Part shown: positions 1-10,918 of the stretch, piece after piece | How positions within the stretch are numbered: position 1 is the first letter of the stretch | How the letters are laid out: every line of letters begins with the position of its first letter | NCBI GenBank assembly: GCA_964252035.1 | Contig: OZ176202.1 | From: Podarcis erhardii | Lineage: Eukaryota | Strand: one strand, 5' to 3' | DNA length: 64,000 nt | Made by a program: the position numbers and the translations under genes | Notes under the pieces: model-generated | Database searches by the model: none | What the model saw: the letters and a program-made list of their open reading frames with translations, nothing else | Told to the model about the DNA's origin: nothing

Positions 1-232
1 TGGAATTGGAGGAGCATGAACTCAGGACGAAAGGGGAAAACGAGCTAAGAGGAAGGCACGTTTGGCAAATCCTCACCGTGAACAACTCCCACCCAGAAAC
101 CTATTTGCCCACTATAGAAGGATGTGTAGATCCAGAATTGGCCTCCACAGTCACTTACAGACACATTGTTAACACCATATTCATGGAAGACATTCTACGA
201 GTGATTGCCAAAGAAGAAGAGAAGACTCCTGG
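1..232 (+). CDS. Candidate coding exon (5' part outside the window) of an unidentified gene nested antisense in a BTBD9 intron
   Basis: Frame open from the window edge for 76 codons (ELEEHELRTKGENELRGRHVWQILTV...EDILRVIAKEEEKTP), with protein-like composition. It ends exactly at the consensus donor CCTGG|GTAAGT. Protein not recognised. Confidence 0.5.
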
Positions 233-249
233 GTAAGTGAGGTTAGGAT

Positions 250-520
250 TTCAGTGCATAGTCAAACTACGGAATGTGCTCCCACAAGATGCAATGATGC
301 CAACAAAGAGAGGATTAGACAAATTTATGGAGGATAGGGCTAGCAGTTGCTGTGCTCCGCCTCTATTGCCAGATACAGTATACCTCTGAATACCAGTTGC
401 TAGGAAACACAAATGGGGAAAGTGCTGTTGCTTCTGAGCTTGTTGGCCACTGTGAAAACAGGTTGTTGGACTAAATGGTCTGTGGCCTGATCCAGCAGGG
501 CTCTCTTTATGTGCTTATCA
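250..520 (+). mobile_element. CR1 LINE 3' fragment
   Basis: gcatagtcaaact...ggattagacaaatttatggaggatagggct...ggactaaatggtctgtggcctgatccagcagggct resembles reptile CR1 3' ends. Boundaries approximate. Confidence 0.7.
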
Positions 521-1598
521 GGACAGACAGAAGAAAATTGTTTGAGATGTGTGCTTTTTTTAATTCAAAGAGAAAAACAAAGCAATTAGGGCATTTCCCT
601 TCTAATAGTGATTTAATTACATGTTTACATATTGATATTCAGTATGCTTTTTAATTTATTCAGTGTCTGAGTCACCTTTATATGGGATACTCAAGGAGAC
701 TTACAAACATTAAAAAAAATACAAAAGAAGAAGGTAAAACCCTTAGAACAGTTTAAAAATTGAGCAATATGGCAGCACTTCATGCTACGTGACATTATTC
801 TACAACTAGTAGGCTGGGACACAAGTGAGAAGCGCTTGACCTCAGTTGAACCAGTGCCACCACCACTTTCTTTTTGTAGTTCTTTAACTTACAAAACAAC
901 AAAAGAAAAGAAACTACCAGATTCAAAGGAGGACATGGAGTTTTGCTTCTCTAATACTTGTATTGCAGAGGCAATTTCAGAAAGTGCGCCTTTTCTTACC
1001 CCACAGAGCAGGCTGCACTTGTTGAAATTGGCACTTCTCTATAAATGCAAAAGAGGCAGGAGCCCTGCTGTCCTCCACTGTATCTGGTCATCTGAGAGGG
1101 ACATTGTGGAAAATAATAAACAGGGCCCTATGTTGTGAGGCTCCAGAAACATCTGGCTGGCTGCTAGGAAGCAGGATGCTATACTATATGGATTTTTATC
1201 TGGTCCAAAACTCAATGCTTTAAGATTTTTGTATAGTTTTTAAAGGAAGGAAGGAAAACTGTAGTTGTAAGTGGATTACAGTATGCTTTAGTTTTAATAG
1301 TTAATTTTATTTGTATGCACCTTTCCATAGTTAAAACCATACTCAATACGGCTTACAACATGAAAAGATGTGCATAATTACAAACATAACAAAAGTAGTC
1401 ATAAACAATAAAATTCATCAAAAAGTAAACAACCAAACCGAACATTTCCCACATAAATCTAAAAACATATAAAAATAAAGATACAAAAAATTAATACCAA
1501 CAACAACCCCTCTCCCAAGTGTAATTTCTTACACTATAAAAGGGCCACATTATTTCTAACGCTGTGCCGTATCTTTAGGTCATATGTAAGCAAGGCAA

Positions 1599-1967
1599 AG
1601 GGACGCGGGTGGTGCTGTGGGTAAAACCTCAGCGCCTAGGACTTGCCGATCGCATGGTCGGCGGTTCAAATCCCTGCAGCGGGGTGAGCTCCCGTCGTTC
1701 AGTCCCAGCTCCTGCCCACCTAGCAGTTCAAAAGCACCCTTAAAGTGCAAGTAGATAATTAGGTACCACTTTATAGCAGGAAGGTAAACGGCGTTTCCGT
1801 GTGCTGCGCTGGTGCAGGATCGCCAGAGCAGCTTTGTCACGCTGGCCACGTGACCCGGAAGTGTCCTCGGACAGCGCTGGCCCCCGGCCTCTTAAGTGAG
1901 ATGGGCACACAACCCTAGAGTCGGACACGACTGGCCCGTACGGGCAGGGGTACCTTTACCTTTACCT
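1599..1967 (+). mobile_element. Sauria SINE, full length
   Basis: gggacgcgggtgg head, ggttcaaatccc B-box, (ACCTTT)n tail. 12-bp TSD taagcaaggcaa at 1587-1598 and 1968-1979. Confidence 0.93.
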
Positions 1968-2717
1968 TAAGCAAGGCAATTTGATGACCCATTTATTATC
2001 ACCAAACAGGACACAGAAATAAAATTTGGTTGTCTTCATATAACAGCATTCCTTCATTACTTTGGACTAATGCTTTATCAGATTAGTGTTTTTCCCTCTT
2101 GAACTCGACTTGAACATCAGATTAAAAAAAGCACCAAACTGACTTCTTACAAACTAGAAACAAAGAATAAAAGAAACGATTAAAAAAACACCCAGGTAAG
2201 ATGACCTTCTGGATAAGGGGTTAGAAATTCAGATTACATCACAAAAGCATTTAGAATAGCCTTGTATACTATAAATTAGCAGAAAGGAAAGCACCAGAAC
2301 AACACCTGTCTATTACAATTACTGTATAATTTGAGCAGGAGTATCAACCTGTTACAGAGCTTAAATAATGTTTTAGTTGATCCAGGTGAACTTGTTCCAT
2401 TAGTTGAGCATCACTCTTTACTCATTTAAATCAATTCTTATGGGCTGCATTGAATGATGGCTCTGCCTTAGCAGAAAGTGCTTACAGTCACACAAGTCAG
2501 CAGCACCTGGTTTCTGCCCATCCTCTCTATTTACTGCAGTCCTCTTTGCTGTGCCCCTTTCTGCTCTGGAGGGTCCCACAACCCTCCCAAGTAGCTGAGC
2601 TTTTATGAGTAGAAGGGTCAACAAACACTGCACAAATGGAAGAGCTTTCCACAAAGGCACAGCTTCCCTGCATATAACCCAATGCAATCCACCTCATTCT
2701 AAAGTTATTTACACCAG

Positions 2718-2767
2718 CTTTAAGAAGACATTCTCCGGTAATTTTGGTAGTCTTATTGCTTTTTTAG
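2718..2767 (+). CDS. Candidate following exon of the nested gene: (G)FKKTFSGNFGSLIAFL
   Basis: cag acceptor, TAG|gtaaga donor, 50 nt, phase-compatible (2 to 1) with exon 1-232. Confidence 0.3.
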
Positions 2768-3032
2768 GTAAGACTTGAGCAGGTTTGCTAGAGAAGCATC
2801 TGAGAATATGGCATTTTCTCTGCAAAAAAATTGTAGAAACAGCTGCTAATTTAAAAAGCCTAACTTGCAAGTGACTTTTCTGATATGGTTACTGCCGCAG
2901 TCTTGTTTTCCTGTATTAGTTTCCATTGCTTGCACAAAAAAGCCAAGTTAATTCAGGGGTCCTTAAGACACAAATAAGACTGTGCCCATTGGCTCTGAAC
3001 ACTGACTAAAAGAGTTTTAGCTTTCATTGCAG

Positions 3033-3046
3033 ATCTCCACCCATGA
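3033..3046 (+). CDS. Candidate terminal coding segment (D)LHP* of the nested gene
   Basis: Branch-like actgac plus ttttagctttcattgcag acceptor, phase 1 compatible. AATAAA at 3559-3564. Confidence 0.22.
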
Positions 3047-5873
3047 AGAGAATAAGCAATGAAGGCTGTCATCTGTCATATTAAGTGAAGACTTGAATGT
3101 GTCAGCAGAAGGATACAACTGACATTAAGAGGCTTTGATCAAATGGAGTATCTTTACTGAATATCGCAATGATAACCCTTTAGAAGTTTGCCTCCTGCAG
3201 TTGACCTTTACAACTGCCTCCATCATTTGGGAGAGTCCATATGATCAGGAACACTGCAATCTTCTTCCGAATCTTGCATATGTCATGGCAAAGAATGCAA
3301 GGATGTGATTTTGAGGACAAGGATGCAAATTTTACTATGGGATTATATTGATTGTGTATTTGCTATACACAATATCTATAAGACACCCGCACACACTCCA
3401 GAAGTATTTACTCGTATTGCTTTTGGACTAGGAGATTTGTAACTTGTAACTGGGAGACTGGAAAATTCAGACGACTGACAGCAAGCATTCAGGGACCAGT
3501 TGTGAGCTCTGGTGAGGCCTGATGAATTGGAAATTCTCAGGCCTCAGGAAATGTTACAAATAAAAGATGGAACATTCTCCTAACTTTAAGAGTTTCTGCT
3601 CTGTGCTACTTTGGTCCAGGAATATTCATTAACAATTAGAAATGGTTGCTGGACTTAGTAAAAGCAATCTGATAGATAATAACAGATTATTATAACCTGC
3701 AACAGGTCCAAGGAAAATACATAGCAAGTTAAGGGTGGGGAGAAATCAAACATACTTCCACAGGTTCTAACAAGTAGCTTTGTTACCACGGCTTACCATT
3801 CACACAATACTCTGCTGAAATTGCCCCTGGAAGCTGTTAAGTGCATATTTTCTCACTCCAGCATCACAACATGAATTACTGCTAGAAAACGAACCCAATT
3901 TTCTTGCGGCAGTAATTTTTTATTTTTAGTAATGCCAAGAAATCTCAGCAAGGACCATTGGCCCTCCTGAGTAAGATGATATAAATGAATGGAAGACTAA
4001 GAAAGAAATATAGCACTGATACATATACACAAAAACACAGGCATTATAATTTGGGGGGGAGAATATAATCATTACTTCCAGCTGAGGCTTACATCTTGAA
4101 GAAAAGGCCTGGTACCAGCAGCCTATACTTAGGCTTGCATGAGGGTCCTCAAGCTGAAAGGCAACAGTGCATGCTGCTTGGCCAGCAAAGTCCCCTGGTG
4201 CCACAGCTTCATCTCTTAAAAGAAATTAGCCTTGTTATAGCCCTAGGGGTGTTATTTAATACTCCATATCTCACCTCAGCCATCCCCTCCCAACTTTCTC
4301 GTTCTGCCTGAGTCCCGCAAGGAGAGCTGTAATTGATGATTAGCATTCCAAAGCCATGCTTGCATCCTGTGAGCCCGTCATATTTAATTACATTTTAACT
4401 ATATTCGTCTTCAATAATAGCCTGAACATAATTTAGATAATTATCTCACGCTCTCTCATTCTCAGAGTCTGTCTGTTCCAGAGCTTCCTGCGACGAATAT
4501 TGCTTTCTCTGCTCAAACACATAAACAGACTCTTGGGCTAAGTACTTTCATCTTTCCAACAGCAACAGCTGTCACTAAGAAACTCAGTAGCTTTGAGCAT
4601 CCCACAGTCAATTCAAAGACAAGTTTTCATCCTTCTTCTTGCTCCTTTATTTTGGAGGCATAGGGAAGGGAAAATACATTATTACTCAGGATACAAATTG
4701 CCTATATTACAGGCACCCCCCTCCCACTTACACATGGGTTCTGTTCCAGGCGCCCACACACGAGCTGAAATCGTGTAAAATGGGGAGCAACCTCTAAAAA
4801 GCCTCTAAATGCTCATTTTGTCCTGTTCTCCAATCCCCCCCCCCACTCAACTCTCCCTTCAACCAGAGTTGAAGCTCTGGGGCCAGTAGGAGGATGAAGG
4901 ATGTACAGGAAAGCACTTGGTACTGCTGGGCTATCCCACACACCAGCTCTTACGCAGGGAGGCTGAGCAGCCGAAACAAAACCCCATTGCACCTCCAGTG
5001 TCTTTGGGGCTTCCTCTGCCCTCACTGATGTCCTCCTCAGCCCCAAGGAATCTTCAGGTCTCTCCTGCCACTTCCTGGTATGATTCCATTTACTTATTTC
5101 CTGGCACTGCAGGTGCATAGAACACACATAATTGGGGGGGGGGAATGCCTGTATAATGTTCTACTTTTCTTCCATCCTTAAAGTAATAACCATTGTTAGA
5201 ACATGTCTTTGTCTACATCTGTACAGTTAACACATATGTATATCAAATGTTATCTGTTAGGTCCTTGGTGTACCATGGCAAAAACTGGATTTTCTAAGTG
5301 TGGGGAATGGCAACAAGACAATAAACTAGAGTTTAAAGCAATCAAATACACAATATATTACAAAAGTAAGATTCAGCTCATAGGCGGCATTCAGATTAGA
5401 CTGACAACTATATGTTGTGTATAGGAGGCTATAGGCGGCAGGAGATCAGGGGTAATAGCATGAGAAGGGGGGGGGGAGAAGCAATGTGTGGGTAGTGTAG
5501 AAAGGTTGATAACATATAATTCGATGGGAGGAAATAGATGCCAGTTAGACATGTGGGGTTAAGGAGAAAGGAGTCAAATGTAAACAACACATTGCTTGAA
5601 TTGGTGTGAGGAATCTTACTTGGAGAGTTAGAGAAGCAAGTAGGTAAACAAAATGAGAGGGCAAAAGGTGATGATGCACAAAATCTGAAATGGCAAATAG
5701 GAGGTAGAAGCGTGGACCAACCTGTAGGGATTGCGGCAGGAGATGTGTGTGCTGTGTGCTAGAAATTGTATGCCAGCTGCCGAACTTGAAATGGTGAGGC
5801 AACCAGGTGGAGGAAGGGATTAGCAGCTAGCAGAAAGGGCTAGAGGCCTTGCTTTTCTGGGTGTTCCTGTATA

Positions 5874-6115
5874 CAATGGTACCCCGGGTTACATATGCTT
5901 CAGGTTACATACGCTTCAGGTTACAGACTTCGCTAACCCAGAAATAGTACCTCGGGTTAAGAACTTTGCTTCAGGATGAGAACAGAAATTGTGCTCCAGT
6001 GGCGCGGCGGCAGCAGGAGGCCCCATTAGCTAAAGTGGTGCTTCTGGTTAAGAACAGTTTCAGATTATGAACGGACCTCTGGAATGAATTAAGTACTTAA
6101 TCCGAGGTACCACTG
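5874..6115 (+). mobile_element. Tc1/mariner (Tigger/pogo-like) MITE, family A
   Basis: TIR ca(a)tggtaccccggg...ccgaggtaccactg, TA on both sides. Confidence 0.9.
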
Positions 6116-6119
6116 TATA

Positions 6120-6190
6120 GGCCGAGGGAGCTGGTGTTTGTCCACACACAGCTTCCAGGTCATGTGGCCAGCATGACTAAGCCACTTCTG
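6120..6190 (-). mobile_element. Sauria SINE internal fragment
   Basis: cagcttccaggtcatgtggccagcatgactaagccacttctgg is the reverse complement of the SINE body at 35720-35780. Confidence 0.7.
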
Positions 6191-8247
6191 GGTACTAATC
6201 TATAATTAATCTGATTAAGGAAATATGAAGATGAGATGACACTGGATAACTTATGGGTTTGATCAGGCTTTTAAATAAATAAACAAATAATGTAACATAA
6301 AATACTGAAATGAATCTTTCTTTTTGATGTATGTGTGGATTAATTTAATTATTGTTCTCATTGATTACAGATCAAGATGATAATATATAATCCAGATATG
6401 TGTTTTTATATATAAGCACACATACACATATATCTACATATACAGATAGATAACATATTTTTTTACAAGAGCTCCGTACGTGATCAGTCCATTTTTTAAA
6501 AAAACAACAACAAATTTTTAGGATTTCCTAAAATTTATTTATTTATATTATATTTATATAGCAATAATTTTAGCAAATACTAGCAAATAATTCGCTATAG
6601 CAAGATTACTTTGTTTTACACACCTGTAAGGTAACAGCTTAAAAGCATATGGGAGGGTTGGGGGAGAGAAATTACCACATTTTAAGTAATATGAAAAAGG
6701 ATGGATGCAAAGCTGTCTTTCAATGAACAGAAAGGCTCCACTCATTTGTAAAATAGACAAATAATACAGTGGAGGCTATTCCCTCTTCTGTCCACTGGCA
6801 ATTCCCAACACTGTTCTGGAGGATTCCATAACCTCTGGAGCAGGTTTTAGGGGGCACAGGAAATTGGTGGGTGAGCTGGTGAAAACTGCCACTTCCCTTC
6901 CACTCATAAATAATGTGGCTCCAAACCATTTCCACTAAAACGAGGGAGAGGGCAGTAAGACCATTAAGTTTAGGGTATAAAATTACCTAACTGCACCACT
7001 GGATGACAGTCAAACCATATATTTTGGAAAGCAGCCGGAATACATATATTGATCTCCCTTTTGAGCTGTTAAGAGAAAGTGGAAAATGTCGTCTAATGGG
7101 AACATAAATATACATTCTATTGATGTGACAATGAACTAATATGACTCCCTGTACTAATTAAAAATACAGAACAGAAGATCATAAATGATAATAAAGGTAA
7201 CTAAAGATGCATAATCAGTGTTCTGAAGAAAATGTAATATGAACAAGCAACTCACATTGTTAGAGGTGTTATACTTACATGACTGGCTTATGCATCAATT
7301 ATTAAGATAGTTGCTTAACAAAAACAAAAACCTAAAGAGAAATATTCAGTTCCCAAATGACTCCAAGTGTTAAACATGCCAACAACTGTGGCATTCCAAT
7401 AAATGTTACTTCTTCCGTCTCTGGCAATGAAACCAGCATAGCAAAATCTCTGCCTATATATTCTCGGAGGAGTTAGCAATTAGTCTTTCTTGGACTAATT
7501 TATTTTTAATACATTTCTATCAGATTCATGCATGGAAGCGGCTGTTTCTCTTTAAAATACTCAGAACAACATAGGGAAGTAATTTACTTAAAATGAAAGA
7601 ACAAATAGGCAGCTAAATAATTACAGCTGAGGTATCTGTTCACCTAGGCATTTACTATGCATTTGTGTAGCAAATAATATCATGGTCTGTGGAGATCTTG
7701 ATGTTACCCTGGCCCTAGTTTTTAAAGGTTTTCAATGAGAAATGTCTGCTTAGAAACTTGAACTCTTGCTAGATACAGACAAAAATATTCAATGTCAGAT
7801 TCCAGACTATCAATCAGGTACTGATTAATGTATTTTTATACAGCATCATTAAAATATATGGAACTTTAAAACATAAATAAAACAAACCAATCACTGTCCC
7901 AAGGACTTACAATCTGACATTGGGGAAGATAACAGAGGGAGGAAAGGGTAAGTTTAGATTTCATTGCATTTATTTATTTGATTATCCACTTTGTAAACTG
8001 ACCTGCATCACATCAGTGTGATCCCAGGACATTTTCCAATGATGAACAAAATCCAATAAAATTAAAAACAACCCTATTAATATAAGCAAACAACAGAGCA
8101 TCATCATCAGAACAATAAAGCCCCAAAGTGGTTAATAATCTGATCCAGCTGGCAATGAGGGGGAAAGCAAAGACTTTCAGAAAAGGGAGGCTTGGGCAGA
8201 GAGCACTGCAGGGAAATAAATTGGGCTCCCTTTTCCTTCAGGCCTTC

Positions 8248-8380
8248 ATGGAATCATAGAACTGTAGAGCTGGAAGGGACTTCAAGGGCAATCCAGTCCA
8301 ACCCCCTGCAATGCATGAATCCTGTCCCTCGGTGGGCTTGAACCACCAACCTTTTGGTTAACAGCCAGACACACTGATCT
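8248..8380 (-). mobile_element. tRNA-head/CR1-tail SINE
   Basis: CR1-type tail (ttccagctctacagttctatgattc on minus) joined to a degenerate tRNA-like head with a ggttcaagccc B-box. Confidence 0.75.
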
Positions 8381-9220
8381 GTTCAGAACTTGCAATGCAC
8401 CAAGCCAGAGAGAGGAAGACCACCAGCCAGGGATTGTGCTCCATCAGTGAGGGCTTGCTTCTAAGGCAAGCAGAAAAACAGGAGCCCATGCTGGGTCACT
8501 GCACCTAACAGTGTTTGGTTTAGGGAGTCAAAGGTTGTGTGGGTGTAACTTTAACTTTTGTCTAAGTTGTTGTGCTAATGTTTTACAGAAGAAAAACTCT
8601 TACAGAAACGCTCCCTCTTTAATTCCTGCATCTCCCATCTCCTCATAAGATATCTCTCATAATTTGCACATGGATTCAAAGCTAAATGTTTACATTTTTG
8701 TAAAAAGAGGGAACCTACAATCATCAATAACGTACTTTTTTGTGTGAAACTGCCACAAAGTTTTATGGCGCATGATTTACAACAGAAATAAAACGTGGAA
8801 CTGATAGTGCATATTTATTACAACGGAAAATCCAACATAAAAGATTTAATGAAGTCTATACTGACTTCCCTGGCATTTTTTATAAAGCTGCTCATGTAAT
8901 AATAATGATGACACCATTTTAAAATGGTGTTTTGATTAATTCAGGAAAGAGAAAAATGTGTAAAACACAAAACTCATAATGAACAAAATTTATACACCCA
9001 AATATCAGGACCTTTTGATACTAAATGTTTTACAATTATAACCTGGACCTTTGAAATTGGGAACATCTTGGAAAAACCATGGTTTTACACAAACATAAAT
9101 ACATGTATGAAATCTTAAATAAATTTAATAATGTAACCCTGGAAATAATACAATTCATCACATTTTCTGCCACAAGAACTCAAACAAATCAATTATCTGA
9201 GCATATATGCAAATACAAAA

Positions 9221-9442
9221 CAGTGGTACCTCGGGCTACGTACGCTTCAGGTTACTCCGCTAACCCATAAATAGTGCTTCAGGTTAAGAACTTTGCTTCA
9301 GGTTGAGAACAGAAATCGTGCTCTGGCGGCGTGGCGGCAGCAGGAGGCCCCATTAGCTAAAGTGGTGCTTCAGGTTAAGAACAGTTTCTGGTTAAGAACG
9401 AACCTCTGGAACGAATTAAGTACTTAACCCGAGGTACCACTG
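9221..9442 (+). mobile_element. Tc1/mariner MITE, family A
   Basis: cagtggtacctcggg...cccgaggtaccactg TIRs, same interior as 5874-6115. Confidence 0.9.
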
Positions 9443-10002
9443 TACAGCAGTATAAAATAGTCATCCACCTTGTGCTTCAGTTGAGTCTCAAATCCCCCCC
9501 CACCTCAATTATCTAATCTCATGCAACACTTGCCCTTCACATTGTGTTTTGGGGGCTGCATGGTGTAGTTTAAACCATAGCACTATTTTGGAAGTCTAAG
9601 CTGAGGCTGCCTTCTCTCATCTAACTAAGGAAGATAGTAGTTGCTTAAGGCTGCAATACTATAGACACTTTCCTGAGAGTAAGCCATTGTGAAGAAACTG
9701 GAGCTTACTTCCATGGACAGGATTGTGTGGTAAAACTAAACTAATTGCTCAGACTAAGTAACTGGTTTCAAATTTTGCAGGTTTAGAGGGGGCAGTACCC
9801 TCCCACCCTCTGACCAGTTTCCATGTCTGTGGTCTGCTGAGAATGACATTGTGCATGTCAAGTCAGAACAGTGAGAGAACTGTTATGGCAGCTCTCCTTC
9901 AAAGGCTCAATGATGCTCATGTCAAGTTAACTTCTGAAAGTGATCTGTTTTAATACACCATGTATTACAGTATTTTGATGCCATTACCCTATTAGAGGCA
10001 GA

Positions 10003-10566
10003 TGGGGCGCGTCAACCTGGGAAGGTAGCTGATCTTGGAGAAAGTAAACTCTGATCCTAAACCTCTGCTGCCTTGTGGGATCTCTTCATGAGAAGAAAAG
10101 GCTAAGGCAGTGTTTTTTTTTCTTCAAAGAGGGCCAAATTTGATGAAGTGAAGGGCCGTGAGGGCCGACCAAAGGGACAACCATAGTTGACCTTTTTTTA
10201 GGGTTGAAGTTGTTGAGGGTTTTTTTTAGGATTTTAACCCAGGAAATAAACTGCTACAGGAGCCAGATTCAACCGACCGTCAATGGACTTTGGACATGCC
10301 TGGGCTAAGGAGTAAACCCTACACAAATCCAGAGTGGAATCCCTAAGAAAGCTGGACGGCACCTTATATGCCTCCTTCCAGCAAAGATGGCGCCAAACGT
10401 ATTGCTCTGCTTTCCTTTGAACCACATCAGCGAGGCCAAGAGCAGAGTCTTGTCGTCTGGGCAAAGACCAGGACCTCTATATACACACCCCAGGGAGGTC
10501 ACTTCACTTCTGGAAGTGCACTCCATTGTCTCTTGAGACAGACAAATGCTGCAGCCAACAACAACA
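10003..10566 (+). mobile_element. Non-autonomous retroelement with (CAA)n tail, probably RTE clade, interrupted by a hAT MITE
   Basis: Ends gagacagacaaatgctgcagccaacaacaac. A second copy lies in the opposite orientation at 37145-37800. Clade assignment inferred from the tail. Confidence 0.5.
10108..10302. mobile_element. hAT MITE nested in the retroelement
   Basis: CAG...CTG ends, perfect 8-bp TSD ggctaagg at 10100-10107 and 10303-10310. Confidence 0.8.
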
Positions 10567-10667
10567 CTATTGGCCTTTGAGGATAAGCCAGGTAGAAATA
10601 TAAATACTGAAGCATGTTTTTTTTAGTCTTTCGTTAACTTGTTGCTCATTTCTCCTCATGCAGCCAG

Positions 10668-10718
<51 letters not shown>

Positions 10719-10723
<5 letters not shown>

Positions 10724-10918
10724 GGTTTTGGTGTCCTCGGGTGTCTTCCCGTGTAAAAGTTGGGGTGTCTAGGCGACGTTTCGACGAGGTCTCACTCGTC
10801 ATCTTCACGAGTGAGACCTCGTCGAAACGTCGCCTAGACACCCCAACTTTTACACGGGAAGACACCCGAGGACACCAAAACCTGCATTCCTGTACCCGTG
10901 AAAATCTACGAAAACAAA
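10719..10918. mobile_element. Penelope-like element remnant forming a perfect palindrome within (TA)n
   Basis: 81-bp perfect inverted arms with a 7-nt spacer. Contains gaagat-gacgag-tgagac-ctcgtc-gaaacgtc, a hammerhead remnant typical of Penelope pseudo-LTRs. (TA)n on both flanks. Confidence 0.75.

Noticed and set aside
782-1138. 118-aa plus-strand ORF near the candidate nested exon
   Set aside because: No convincing acceptor/donor pair in a compatible phase, and the 3' part runs into a CR1-like tail.
2753-2819. Minus-strand acceptor plus ENAIFSDASLANLLKSYLKKQ*, resembling a terminal exon
   Set aside because: It is not the BTBD9 C-terminus I recall. It is in phase with the 108-nt exon, so a minor alternative end cannot be excluded, but nothing else supports it.
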